Shown piece after piece: positions 44,837-55,312 of a DNA stretch of 60,005 nucleotides. A program made the translations under genes and the position numbers. Position 1 is the stretch's first letter. Each line of letters opens with the position of its first letter. Origin of the DNA: a virus (Duplodnaviria; Caudoviricetes); IMG/VR virus record IMGVR_UViG_3300042301_001108, positions 1 to 60,005 of that record; one strand, 5' to 3'. The notes beneath the pieces are model-generated. The model saw only the letters and a list, made by a program, of their open reading frames with translations. It ran no database searches and was not told the DNA's origin.

Positions 44837-45589
44837 TTAAACCTCTTCCAAGCTTACAGAAACATCCCACATATCAAAATTATTTCCACCACGCTTTACG
44901 ATTGAGTATGAAAAGCTTGAAATATACATCTGTCTAGCATCAGTATATTCTGCTAAATGGGTTCTTGCTGCATCGTCATCTCCAAAATTATTGTATTTGT
45001 CGTAAGATAGCAGCACCCAGAAAGGTCCTTTGTGGTTTTCATACCAATCTAGCATCTCTCCGCCACCTGCACCACCGTCAACAGTGTACTGTTGGTCTGC
45101 AACATATCTAGATCCTGAAGGAGATATTACCCTAGACTGATCTGGAGTAATTGGATTATTATCGTCGTCAACGACCTTGGATCTTTCTATATCTGGTAAT
45201 CCATTTAATTGAGAAAAGTCTGGCCTGTTTTTAAAACTTCTTGATGGTAGCATATCCCAGCTAGTGCTAATTGTTAGCTTATCTGCAATGTGGTATGAAC
45301 GCATGGTTCCATTTGCCATTCTTTGTCTTTGTTCAATTCTTTCTGTAGATACCTCTAGGGATGATCTGTTGTGATCAGATAATATTAAGAAGGCATCGTT
45401 TTGATTTGCACCAGATCTTCCACTTAGGCTAGATCCAATTTCGTATCCAACAGGCATAAGTCTTTCACCAACAATTGTTGGAGCTGCTTCCGACCAAAGC
45501 ATTGCCTGTGGTCTTTTCCAGGTTTTCCTACCCTTAATGGGTGGAGTTGCTGAACCGTTACCATAGATATAGTTTGAGGATGCTGACAC
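44837..45589 (-). CDS. distal tail (Dit-like) protein
   Basis: First gene after the TMP; RMANGTMR...WDVSVSLEEV. Confidence 0.7.
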   Translation of the reverse strand: MSASSNYIYGNGSATPPIKGRKTWKRPQAMLWSEAAPTIVGERLMPVGYEIGSSLSGRSGANQNDAFLILSDHNRSSLEVSTERIEQRQRMANGTMRSYHIADKLTISTSWDMLPSRSFKNRPDFSQLNGLPDIERSKVVDDDNNPITPDQSRVISPSGSRYVADQQYTVDGGAGGGEMLDWYENHKGPFWVLLSYDKYNNFGDDDAARTHLAEYTDARQMYISSFSYSIVKRGGNNFDMWDVSVSLEEV

Positions 45590-48500
45590 TATCTAATCAC
45601 CTGTCCTCTCACTCTTTGTGATTCAATTCCTTGTAGTTTTCTCATTACTACATTAGCTATTTGGTCTGGGGTAGAGTTAGTACCCTCAACATTTACACTC
45701 AAGCTATAATTATACACTGAATTGTCCAAGTTTGGAGAACTATTTTCTTGTCTAGGCTGTTTTCTAATTTCATTAGAAAGGTTAAAGGATCCTTCTTTTT
45801 GTGGTAAGTTAAATCCTGGTTTTGTAAATTCTGGTAATGGTCTTAGATTAAAGCTCGGCTCGTCTATTACTTGTGGCATAGGATATGGTATTTGCATTCC
45901 AGGCTTACCAAATGATGGCTTAGGCATAGCAACTCTAACAGGTCTTCTTGCAGCTGATGGTAGCTGTCCTCTGTTTATAGAGTTTAAGAAGCCTCTACCA
46001 AATTTCTTAACAGAAGATGCTTGAACCACAAACTCTCCATCAGACAGGTTTGCTGGAATTGAATCTGAGGTTGAACTTCCTGGACCAGAAACATATCCAC
46101 CACCAGCCCTATTTGTGGTTCTGGTGTTTGCTTCTCCAGCTTTAAATCCACTCCAAAAACCATCCCAAAGATTTTTGGCCCAGTTTCCAATTCTACCTGG
46201 CAAGCCCACGATCCAAAGTCTAAGCTCTTCTGCTTTTGCTGCTAACCAGTTAGAGAGGCTTGGCATACCATTTGTCCAAATGTTTTTTGCCCAGCTAACC
46301 ACTCCATTAGGAAGGGTTACTGTCAACCAAGTTTTAAAGTTATTCCACTGCGTAGTTAGCCAAGCTCCAATGTTTTGCACTCCATTCCAAATTGACGCTC
46401 CCCAAGAAAGAATACCTGCTGGCAGCGTGACGGTCATCCAGGTTTGGAAGTTTGTCCACTGTGTAGACAACCAAGCCCCCACGTCTTGCATTCCTTGCCA
46501 TATACTAGCACCCCAAGCTAGTATGCCTGCAGGAAGAGTTACAGTCATCCAGGTCATAAAGTTTGTCCACTGTGTAGACAACCAAGCCCCCACGTCTTGC
46601 ATTCCTTGCCATATACTAGCACCCCAAGCTAGTATGCCTGCAGGAAGGTCTGTGGTCATCCAAGTTTGGAAGTTTGTCCATTGCGTCGCAAGCCATTCTC
46701 CAATATTTTGTATATGTCCCCAAAGCTCTCCAGCTGCAATTCCAAGGTTAGTAGGCAGGTTTGAGAACCAAGTCGAAATGTTAGTCCATTGTTGAGCTAG
46801 CCATGGTCCAATATTTTGTATTCTAGACCAGAGGTTTTGTCCACCCTGAGAAAGATCTGAACCAACTTGACTAAACCAATCTGAAACTGCAGTTGCTGCA
46901 TTTCCAAACGCTTGTTGGGTTTGTTTTGCTAAGTCTTCTCCCCACTTAACTGGATCTTCTTGTAGGCTGTTCCAACCGCCCATAACTCCATCCCACCAAT
47001 TAGAAACATTTGTGCCAGCTTCACCAAACCAAGCTCCTACGTCATTTGCTTTTTGTCCAATCCAATCCCCTGCATCTCCAACGGCACTTCCAATATTGTC
47101 AAATACACCTTGGAACCAGCTACCAACATCATTGAGGAAGGAACCAATTGTGCTATCCCACCACGGACCAACTGTAGAATCGTACCAGCTAGTAATTCCT
47201 GCCCAAATGTCAGACAGCCCTTGGCCGATAGCACCCAGCCACTTGCCACCAGTCTCATCCCAAAGCTTTCCAAGAGGCTGTAGTATTAGTGTATCTATGA
47301 ATGAACCTATGGCCACAAAAACATTGTTGATTGGAGTTAAGAATCCGTCAACTACAGCCTGCCATTCCGCTGCAAGGACAAGAAGAACGCCATTCCACCA
47401 TTGTCCAACAGAAGCTCCTTGATCTTCTAGCCAACTAAATGCCTCTGCTACGAAGTCCTTACCACCTTCAGCTGTTTCTGAACCGCTACCCTCTTGTACT
47501 TCTTTAGGTTCTGGAATTGTGTCATCACTACCTCCACCACCGCCGCCAGAACCTTGTTCTGCAACAATTGCAGCTGCGGTTCCAGCTCCTCCAACACTCT
47601 TAGTTACAGTTTCAATAGTAAGTCTTCTTGTTTGATCTTTTAATGAACGCCAGTCTCTAACAACATCCCCAGTAAGCTGCCTTGCCATATCAAGAGCGTC
47701 GTTAAACTCTCCAGCTTCAACCTTTGCTAAGTCAAGAGCTAGTTCAGCATCTTCCCACTTTCGTCTTTGAGCATCAATTGCCTCTATCTCTTCATCTTTT
47801 TGATCTTCTATAGCTTGAACAATATCCTCATTTATTTGTAGCTGATTCTCTAGTGGTTCAATTCTGTTTTCTTGAATGTCATAAATAGCATCTTCAAGCT
47901 TTTGAACCTCAACAAGAACTTCCTCTCTTTGTTCTTCTAGTTGATAAATCTGTTGAGAAATCTCAAATTGACGTTCTTCAATTTCTACCCTTGACATTCC
48001 GCTAGCTGAGCGTAAGCTTGCAATCTCAGATTCTTTTGCTGCATTAAGACTATCTTCTTGATTCTGTGCTGCTGCATCTGCTTCTGCAGCTCTCATGTCT
48101 TGCATAAGACCAGCTGCTGCACCAATGTCTCCAGAGGCAAGAGCATCTGCTAGATTAGTTTGAGCTTTTTGCTGATTAATTATTTGTTGATTAACTTTTG
48201 CAACCTGAGCTAAAGCCTTGGCTTGTTCATCATAACGTTTAGTAATTTTGTCGGCTGCATGGTCCATAAGCGTTAAGTCATTTGCAAGGTCAGAGGACTC
48301 TTCATTCAGTGCTTCAATTGGCCTATCAAACTGTATCTCAATACTTCTTTGTATGTCGTCAACCTGTTCTTGGTAAGCTTCAGTAATTCTGTTTAAAACA
48401 TCTATAGCTCTTGTAAGTTCTTTTGCTTGTTTTTCAGCTGCACGAAGTCCGTCTGCATACTTTCTTTCAACCTGTCTTTCGAGGATGTCATAGTATTCAT

Positions 48501-51500
48501 TTGCCTGGCTCTGCAATCCGTCAAAGGCATCACGAAGTCCTTCAGAAGTTTCTAGTGCCTCAAGTCTAACTAGCTTAATCTGGTTTACAAGCTCTTTCCA
48601 TTTTGCACTTCCAACCTTTGTAGATGCAAGAGCAGCAGATAGTTGAGCATCTCCAGCTACGGTTGCTGCTTCTGCTGCACTAAACCCAGCCTGCCTCAAT
48701 CCAGAATATGCAGCAATATTATTTTTAATTTCTGTTCTTTGTTTTCCTAGATCTTCAAGAGCCTGCTGGACATCACTCTTGGATCCGCCACCACCGCCAC
48801 CTCCGCCAGTAGCCCTAGCTGATCTTGCGGATGCATCGTTTTGAAGGTTTCTTAGTGTTATTAAATCGTTTATAATTTTTTGACGCTCGTCTGCACTTCC
48901 AGCCAAAGCTAGTGCTTGTGCAACAGCAGCATCTCCAACCAAGTCTATTGCTGTAGCTGCATCAAAACCTGCCTCTGTAAGAATATCGTATGCAGTTGAT
49001 TGATGCTCAAGAGCTGTGATTTGTTCTTCTAAACTAGCCCTTGCCTCTTCAACTGCAGCTGTCATAAGCTCTTGCTTTTCTTCTTCTAGTCTTAGCTCTT
49101 CTTTAAGGTCTGTTTCTTCCTTAATGAGCTCATTCATTTCTTTTCTAGCTTTTGTGGCTGCCTGTATTGTTTTTGCATCTGCCCCAGCTTCGCTAGCTCT
49201 TTCAAGAAGCTTTACAACCTTGTCTGGGATTTCAATATCTGCAGCAGCAGCATTTATAAGTAGTAGTTGATCTTCAAAGTTTGACAAACCCTTAACTTTA
49301 TCTTTAATTCCTAAGTTGTCTGCTAGGGCAGCAACTAGTTCTTTAGCTGCTGACGGATCTAGAGATTTAATTTGATTATTTAAGTTTGTTAGTTGAGCAT
49401 TAAAGTCTTCAGAGCTAATTTCTCCATCTGCAAATCCCATTTGAAGAGCTTGAAATAGTGTTGTAAATTCTCCAGCAGTTGTTTGAATTTGTGTTTTAAG
49501 CTGGCCACCACCCATCCATCCAAGAAGAGCATCTCCAAAATCATAGCTAGCAAAAGAGCTGTTGAGTCTTTCGGCTGACTCTGTTGCTAGTGATTGCATA
49601 TTGGCAAGCCCCTCTTCAGACTTAAAGTCAATAGAGGCAAACTTTAGCTCTAGATTTTCTTGTCCTGATTCAATAACAATAGCATCTATAATAGCCTTTA
49701 CTGCGTCTGCTTCAAATCCTGAAGATGAAAGCTGAACTGCCAAAGAGTTTAGAACTCGTTCTGCATCTTCTTCGCTCGCACCCTTGATAGCATCTATATT
49801 AACTTGGAAATCTTCTTTAAATTTGTCTGAGTTTAACACCATTTCTACTTGGTTCTTTTCTTCAGAAGTTTTAGCAGATGCTCCTGTAAACTTAGATGCA
49901 AAGTCAGCAGTTCTTGCAGTTACCCCAAAAATATCTGCTAAACTTTCTATCTTTTTTGAAGAAAGGTTTGCTGTGTCTCCAAGTCCATTAATTGCTTCAC
50001 TAGATTTTTGGAAAATAAGAGCAAGAGCTGTTAGTCCAGTAACTATCCATCCAACAACAGGAATCATTCTTATAAATCCTGCCGTGACTAGTTTGCCTAA
50101 TCCGACAAGGTTCATAAACATAGCAACAACATTCTTTATAACGTTGCCAAGTCCAGCCATCCCCTTAGCTCCACCCCTAAAGCCTCCACCAGCTGCGACC
50201 GCTCCCTTGGCTGGCGTTAGGCCAGGAGTTATAGTTGCTGGCATTGGCTTACCAGCAGCATCTAGGGAAACCATTCCCCCTCCCCCTCTTCTAAGAGAGT
50301 TTACTGCCGTTGCTGTTGCTTCTGCCATTTTAAGTTTTGTAAGTGTTGCTGTAGCTGCTCCCAAAGCAAACATAAGGCTAGTTACCTGCATTACTATTCC
50401 TGCAAGCTCTCCAATTTTTCCACCAAACATTGAAGCAATTCCTGTTACAGAGCTTAGCCCAATTCCAAGACCAGAAAGTCTTGCACCAAACTGATTTACC
50501 GCTTGCAGCTGCATATTTGATGCCCTGGCCAAACCGAGCTGTCTATTTTCTAGAAGCTTGGCCATCTTGCCTTGCTCTTGATACATATTTGTTTGTGGAT
50601 CAATTACTAAGTTACCGTCTGTTGTTTTTCTTCTTGCTTGAGTAGCTGCTGAGCTTGTTATTGTTGCACCAAGCTCTTCTCCAGCAATCTTAGCTTCTGG
50701 CTTTGATTCACGAGCACCAGCTGCAACCTCGTCTGCAACGTTTGTAATTTCTTTAGCTGGAGACTCTATGCCAAGACCATCTTTTACTGCTTGAACTCCC
50801 GCATTATACAAGTCTCTCATGCCCTTTGCGAAACTTCCTCTTACGCCTGCTTTCAGTTGTTCTACTTGAGCTGCTGGTATTTCTACTTTTAGATCGGCAA
50901 GTCCCGACTTGTATATTTGAACAATCCCATTTTGCAGATTGTCCTTCATGCGTTGAGCTTCTGGTGCTAAGTCTGCTGCAAAAGTTTCGTCAAACTCTGC
51001 TTGAGATCTTACTTTTGGTCTTTTACCTAGATGAGTTAGGACTGGCTGGCTTGGAAGAGTGCCTTCATCAAACATGTTGCTTGCTAGATTTTTGTAGTTT
51101 TGCTCGTTTGCCCTGTAGGTCTGTTTGTCTTGAAAGGCTTTAATTCTTCCCTGTGCTTCAACTCCACCCTTTGATCTTATTCTTTGTACTGTATTATCTT
51201 CAATGGTGGTGATTTCGGTAATAACTTCTTCTGCAGCTTGTTGAATGTCTTCGTCAAGAGCTGCAACCTTTTCACGTAATTGTCTTCTAAATATCTCTGC
51301 ATACTCTGGATCAGAAAGTCCATCAACTAGGTTTTCTAACTCTCCAGCCATTCCATCTGAAACATCTTTTGCAAGCTGAATTAGTTCTGGTCTATCTTGA
51401 AGCAAAGCTTGTACTTCTGCAGGAGTTGTTGCTCCAAGATTGCTTGCAATCTCATAAATAATAGGTGCTAAAATTTTACCTTTAGCGTCTATCAACTCTT

Positions 51501-54500
51501 GTCTAAGCATTGCTGGATCTGCTCCACCTGCTTGACCTTTTTCTCTAGCTAGGGTTCCTTTGTTAAGATCTTGGTTTGCAGTTTTAGAGTGTAAGCTTAC
51601 ATCGTTTCCGTATACAGAAATTTCTCTAAAGCTACCGCCATCGTCACCACTTTCTGGAGAAACCGATAAGTGACGACCATTGTTTTCTGAATATCCTGGT
51701 ATTCTAATTTTCTTTTTTTGGAATAGTGCAGCAATAATTCCTGGATTTTTCTTTACCGTTTCTGCATCAATAACGGCTTCACCGTTAGAAAGGTTTGCTG
51801 GAATAGCATCGTCTTTTGGACCACCTGGTCCTCTTACCATTCCACCATTAGCTAGGTTAACTGCCTGTGTAACTTTTGCTTTTTTAGGAACTGTTGGAAC
51901 AACCTTTGAATGAATAGCGTGGAACTTGCTCCAATCAACGCCAAGACCAGTCTCTAGCCTCTTGATCATTGCGTCGTAGGCTTGCACCTCTTTTGGATTT
52001 GTTAGTCCAAACCCAGCTATTGTCTGTTTTAGTGCTGGAAGAACTCTTTGAATTTCTGCAATCATTCTTTGGTGATATTGTTCTGCTGTCATTCCAGACA
52101 TTAGTCCAAGGGTAGATTCTGCAAAAGCTTTCTTAGCACCGCCTTTAATTCCAAGAAGATTAATTAGTGCTTGATCTTCCATGGATGGCAGGTCTGTCTT
52201 TAAACCTCTTTTTCCAGACGCTCTATCAAATACTCCAGCTGGTCCAACATCTGCAACTACGTTTCCAAAAACGTTTGAAGCTGACAAATCTTTATCTACA
52301 CGAAGAAGTGATGCAACCAACTGTCTAAAGTACTGCTCTTCATTAAAAATAGCTTTTGGTTCATTTTGAATAAACTTGGTGTCAAGAGCTGATTCAAGAG
52401 CAAGGAATCTTCTTTCTCTTGTTGGATCTAGTGGGTCTCTTATTACAACAATTTTTTGTTCTGGTGCCTCTAATCCATGTGCCTGTCTAGCGATTTGCGT
52501 AGCACGAATTTCTGCAAGTGCTGCTGCTTCATCCAATACTGGTTTAACGAAAACCTTTTCTCCACCTGGCTTAGAGTAAACACCACCCAATCCAAATATT
52601 GGAAAGCTGTGCCCAGATGTTTTAGATATTTGGTGACCATACTCTGTGGGTGGAACGTTTGCATAGCTACTCTTTAGCAGGTCTTGATATATTTCATCTC
52701 CGACTTCTCTGCTTTTGCTTACGCTCTTGATTGATTTTGGCATTCCAAGCATAACGCCCTTGGAAAAACCTGGTAGCTTTCCTGCAATTAAAGCCTCTAT
52801 TACTGGTGCATATTTCTTTACTTGTTCTGCAGGTATAACAGCTTCGCCATTAGAGAGTAGTGCTGGGATTGAATCTGATGTTCCAGAACCTGGTCCTGAA
52901 ATAATTCCACCCCTTGCAAAACCTTCTGCCTGTGTTGCACCACCACTCTTCATCATTCCTGGATTAAGAAGTGCAAACCTTGCTCCTGCATCTGCTGCTT
53001 GTTGATAGGCAATACGAAGTTGGTCTACAGCAGTCTTTTCTGCTGTAAACCTTTGTGTTAGTCCTGCGTGAGCTTGATCAAGAGAGGCGGCAGCTGCTGC
53101 GGCTTCTAATTGCTCCTGAGTCATGTAGCTGGTTTCATCACCAACACCCTGAGCCTGACCTGTAATTTTTAGATAGCCAAGACGAACGGTAGCAAAGAAT
53201 TTAATCATATTAGCAATACCATTATTAATTAGACCAAAGGTCATAAGGGCTATTGGTCCAATACCACCAATTACCGTAATAACAGTTGCAATTGATTTCT
53301 TAATTCCGTCAGGAAGATTGTTAAATGCCTCCAGCATTTTAGTACCAAACTCAATAATTGGTGTAGCAATTTCCAAAAACGTTTTTCCAATTGGAGCGAG
53401 TGCAAGCTTTATATTTTCTACTGCAGAAAGAAACTTGTTCATTGCAGAAGCAGCTGAGACTCCAAGCTCGCCTTCTGATAAAGCAGCAAGCTCTTCTACT
53501 GAAGATCCTGCTAGTTCAAGAACACGTGCTGCTTGAGTACCGTCTTTTGCTACGTTAGCAAACAATGTTGATAGACGTGCAAATTGGAACTTTCCAAATA
53601 ATTGCTCAATTGCTTGTGCACGATTAAGTGGATCTAGCTCATCCAAGGCATTTGCAAAGTCTACTACGACACCAGTTACGTCTCCCTGATTTGCATTAAT
53701 AATTCCTCTTAGATTTACACCAAAACCACTGAGCATTTCCCTAGCTCGTTCTGTTGGGTTAATCAAAGATGCGAGACCAGACTTTAAGGCGTTTGCACCT
53801 TCAGATGCATTAATTCCACCTTCTTTCATAGCTGCCATAAAGAAGGCTAGGTCCCTAACATCACCACCAAGAGATTTTATAACTGGGGCAACTTTAGGAA
53901 TTGCAGTAGTCATATCGTCAAGGGATATAACTGTTTGGTTTTCTACTGCGTTAAGGAAGTCAATTTCTGTTGCCAATTCAGCTGACGAAATACCAAAAGC
54001 GTTTTGCAAAGATATGGTTGTCTCTAGGGCTTTTTGTAACTCTAGCTGTCCTAGCACAGATAGCTTTAAAGCTGCTGCTGTTTGGTTTTGCAAGTCTATA
54101 CCAGCAAAACCTGCTGCTGCTGCATCTGCAGCCATGCTAAGGGAATCTGCTACTGACACACCATATGCGGTATAAGCTTTTCCAAGCTCAATGATGCTTT
54201 CCATTGCTTCTTCTGTTTCTCCAGGAGCAGTAAACAGATCGCCATAAACTTTTTTAAATTTGATTGCAGCTTTTTCCATGTCCATAAAGACACGTCCAGC
54301 TGTAATTCCAAGAGTAGCAAGTGGCAGGGTAAAACCGACCATAAGCTGTCTACCAGCCCACTGAGTATTTTTACCAAAGTTTAATAGGTTTGTAGAACCT
54401 TGCTTTATTAGTTGATTAAATAAAACTTGTTTTTGAGCAGCAATTGCAGTCTGGGTTCCCAGATCTTTCATATTCAATACTGTTGGACGAATAGCAATTG

Positions 54501-54921
54501 CTTGCATGGCTCCGCTTGCATCACGGCCCATCTTAACGTATTGTGTTTGTAGGGTCTTTACTCGCTCTATTGCAGTTTTTTCAATTGTAGACATTTCTGC
54601 AGAAAAGTTTTTTCCAAATGTCTTAGATGCTCCAGCAGCGTATCTAAAATACTGCCGTAAAGAGAACTTATTTTTTTCTAGAGAGTTTGTAAAAGTTTCT
54701 GCAGTTGTTCTTACAGTTTTTAGTTCAGCAGAAAACCCCTGAATGGCATTTACTCCATTCAGGAAGTTCCTCTGCAGATCACGTTGTGCGATTCCAGCCT
54801 GTGCACTTGATTTGGCTACAGACTGATGAAACTGTGATATTTGTCTCTGAAGTGCCTTAAGCTGGTTTAATGCCTGTGTAGTTTCAATTCCTACATTAAT
54901 ATTGGCATTAAGATCAGCCAT
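45589..54921 (-). CDS. tape measure protein with internal kinase-like cargo domain, 3110 aa
   Basis: TP901-type TMP core at the N-terminus, long Ala/Glu helical regions, Trp-periodic repeats; position after tail tube and chaperones. Confidence 0.93.
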   Translation of the reverse strand: MADLNANINVGIETTQALNQLKALQRQISQFHQSVAKSSAQAGIAQRDLQRNFLNGVNAIQGFSAELKTVRTTAETFTNSLEKNKFSLRQYFRYAAGASKTFGKNFSAEMSTIEKTAIERVKTLQTQYVKMGRDASGAMQAIAIRPTVLNMKDLGTQTAIAAQKQVLFNQLIKQGSTNLLNFGKNTQWAGRQLMVGFTLPLATLGITAGRVFMDMEKAAIKFKKVYGDLFTAPGETEEAMESIIELGKAYTAYGVSVADSLSMAADAAAAGFAGIDLQNQTAAALKLSVLGQLELQKALETTISLQNAFGISSAELATEIDFLNAVENQTVISLDDMTTAIPKVAPVIKSLGGDVRDLAFFMAAMKEGGINASEGANALKSGLASLINPTERAREMLSGFGVNLRGIINANQGDVTGVVVDFANALDELDPLNRAQAIEQLFGKFQFARLSTLFANVAKDGTQAARVLELAGSSVEELAALSEGELGVSAASAMNKFLSAVENIKLALAPIGKTFLEIATPIIEFGTKMLEAFNNLPDGIKKSIATVITVIGGIGPIALMTFGLINNGIANMIKFFATVRLGYLKITGQAQGVGDETSYMTQEQLEAAAAAASLDQAHAGLTQRFTAEKTAVDQLRIAYQQAADAGARFALLNPGMMKSGGATQAEGFARGGIISGPGSGTSDSIPALLSNGEAVIPAEQVKKYAPVIEALIAGKLPGFSKGVMLGMPKSIKSVSKSREVGDEIYQDLLKSSYANVPPTEYGHQISKTSGHSFPIFGLGGVYSKPGGEKVFVKPVLDEAAALAEIRATQIARQAHGLEAPEQKIVVIRDPLDPTRERRFLALESALDTKFIQNEPKAIFNEEQYFRQLVASLLRVDKDLSASNVFGNVVADVGPAGVFDRASGKRGLKTDLPSMEDQALINLLGIKGGAKKAFAESTLGLMSGMTAEQYHQRMIAEIQRVLPALKQTIAGFGLTNPKEVQAYDAMIKRLETGLGVDWSKFHAIHSKVVPTVPKKAKVTQAVNLANGGMVRGPGGPKDDAIPANLSNGEAVIDAETVKKNPGIIAALFQKKKIRIPGYSENNGRHLSVSPESGDDGGSFREISVYGNDVSLHSKTANQDLNKGTLAREKGQAGGADPAMLRQELIDAKGKILAPIIYEIASNLGATTPAEVQALLQDRPELIQLAKDVSDGMAGELENLVDGLSDPEYAEIFRRQLREKVAALDEDIQQAAEEVITEITTIEDNTVQRIRSKGGVEAQGRIKAFQDKQTYRANEQNYKNLASNMFDEGTLPSQPVLTHLGKRPKVRSQAEFDETFAADLAPEAQRMKDNLQNGIVQIYKSGLADLKVEIPAAQVEQLKAGVRGSFAKGMRDLYNAGVQAVKDGLGIESPAKEITNVADEVAAGARESKPEAKIAGEELGATITSSAATQARRKTTDGNLVIDPQTNMYQEQGKMAKLLENRQLGLARASNMQLQAVNQFGARLSGLGIGLSSVTGIASMFGGKIGELAGIVMQVTSLMFALGAATATLTKLKMAEATATAVNSLRRGGGGMVSLDAAGKPMPATITPGLTPAKGAVAAGGGFRGGAKGMAGLGNVIKNVVAMFMNLVGLGKLVTAGFIRMIPVVGWIVTGLTALALIFQKSSEAINGLGDTANLSSKKIESLADIFGVTARTADFASKFTGASAKTSEEKNQVEMVLNSDKFKEDFQVNIDAIKGASEEDAERVLNSLAVQLSSSGFEADAVKAIIDAIVIESGQENLELKFASIDFKSEEGLANMQSLATESAERLNSSFASYDFGDALLGWMGGGQLKTQIQTTAGEFTTLFQALQMGFADGEISSEDFNAQLTNLNNQIKSLDPSAAKELVAALADNLGIKDKVKGLSNFEDQLLLINAAAADIEIPDKVVKLLERASEAGADAKTIQAATKARKEMNELIKEETDLKEELRLEEEKQELMTAAVEEARASLEEQITALEHQSTAYDILTEAGFDAATAIDLVGDAAVAQALALAGSADERQKIINDLITLRNLQNDASARSARATGGGGGGGGSKSDVQQALEDLGKQRTEIKNNIAAYSGLRQAGFSAAEAATVAGDAQLSAALASTKVGSAKWKELVNQIKLVRLEALETSEGLRDAFDGLQSQANEYYDILERQVERKYADGLRAAEKQAKELTRAIDVLNRITEAYQEQVDDIQRSIEIQFDRPIEALNEESSDLANDLTLMDHAADKITKRYDEQAKALAQVAKVNQQIINQQKAQTNLADALASGDIGAAAGLMQDMRAAEADAAAQNQEDSLNAAKESEIASLRSASGMSRVEIEERQFEISQQIYQLEEQREEVLVEVQKLEDAIYDIQENRIEPLENQLQINEDIVQAIEDQKDEEIEAIDAQRRKWEDAELALDLAKVEAGEFNDALDMARQLTGDVVRDWRSLKDQTRRLTIETVTKSVGGAGTAAAIVAEQGSGGGGGGSDDTIPEPKEVQEGSGSETAEGGKDFVAEAFSWLEDQGASVGQWWNGVLLVLAAEWQAVVDGFLTPINNVFVAIGSFIDTLILQPLGKLWDETGGKWLGAIGQGLSDIWAGITSWYDSTVGPWWDSTIGSFLNDVGSWFQGVFDNIGSAVGDAGDWIGQKANDVGAWFGEAGTNVSNWWDGVMGGWNSLQEDPVKWGEDLAKQTQQAFGNAATAVSDWFSQVGSDLSQGGQNLWSRIQNIGPWLAQQWTNISTWFSNLPTNLGIAAGELWGHIQNIGEWLATQWTNFQTWMTTDLPAGILAWGASIWQGMQDVGAWLSTQWTNFMTWMTVTLPAGILAWGASIWQGMQDVGAWLSTQWTNFQTWMTVTLPAGILSWGASIWNGVQNIGAWLTTQWNNFKTWLTVTLPNGVVSWAKNIWTNGMPSLSNWLAAKAEELRLWIVGLPGRIGNWAKNLWDGFWSGFKAGEANTRTTNRAGGGYVSGPGSSTSDSIPANLSDGEFVVQASSVKKFGRGFLNSINRGQLPSAARRPVRVAMPKPSFGKPGMQIPYPMPQVIDEPSFNLRPLPEFTKPGFNLPQKEGSFNLSNEIRKQPRQENSSPNLDNSVYNYSLSVNVEGTNSTPDQIANVVMRKLQGIESQRVRGQVIR
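46330..46800 (-). repeat. 111-bp (37-aa) tandem repeats in the TMP
   Basis: Exact 89-bp copies at 46448-46536 and 46559-46647, flanked by diverged units. Confidence 0.9.
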
Positions 54922-54950
54922 TCAGGTTCACCTTTTCTCAGAGATCAGTT

Positions 54951-55250
54951 CTATGAACCGTTCAGAACAGATCCAGAAGCTGCTTCAACAATCTTGTAAA
55001 CTGTTGGCAAATCTAGTAGCTCTTCCAGCTTGGCTGGGTCTGCTGCTAGCTCTGGGTTGTACTGTTTCATAGCAATTGCTACGCAATCTAGCAATAGGTT
55101 CATTGATTTTTCATTGTCCTCTGCTACTGCGGCTACCCCTTCAAACTTTTTCATAAAGGGCTTAAGAAGTGAAATTTTTAGTGGTCGCACTTCAATCTTA
55201 CTTCCGTCAATTAGTGTTAGTACTTCTGGTACATACTCTGTTGTTGCCAT
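54951..55250 (-). CDS. tail assembly chaperone, G-like
   Basis: 99 aa directly upstream of the TMP; SD AAGGAG; own TGGTATAAT at 55295-55303. Confidence 0.75.
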   Translation of the reverse strand: MATTEYVPEVLTLIDGSKIEVRPLKISLLKPFMKKFEGVAAVAEDNEKSMNLLLDCVAIAMKQYNPELAADPAKLEELLDLPTVYKIVEAASGSVLNGS

Positions 55251-55312
55251 GGTTTTTCTCCTTATGTTATCTACCTACCGTTAGGTTATAACCAATTATA
55301 CCACAAGGGTGG

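Noticed and set aside
46448-46647. 89-bp repeat as a diversity-generating retroelement TR/VR pair
   Set aside because: Copies are identical, tandem and in frame, with no adenine-specific mismatches and no reverse transcriptase in the window
45722-54742. Many plus-strand ORFs opposite the TMP (and opposite other long genes)
   Set aside because: Antisense shadows with Ser/Pro/Leu-biased composition and no initiation signals
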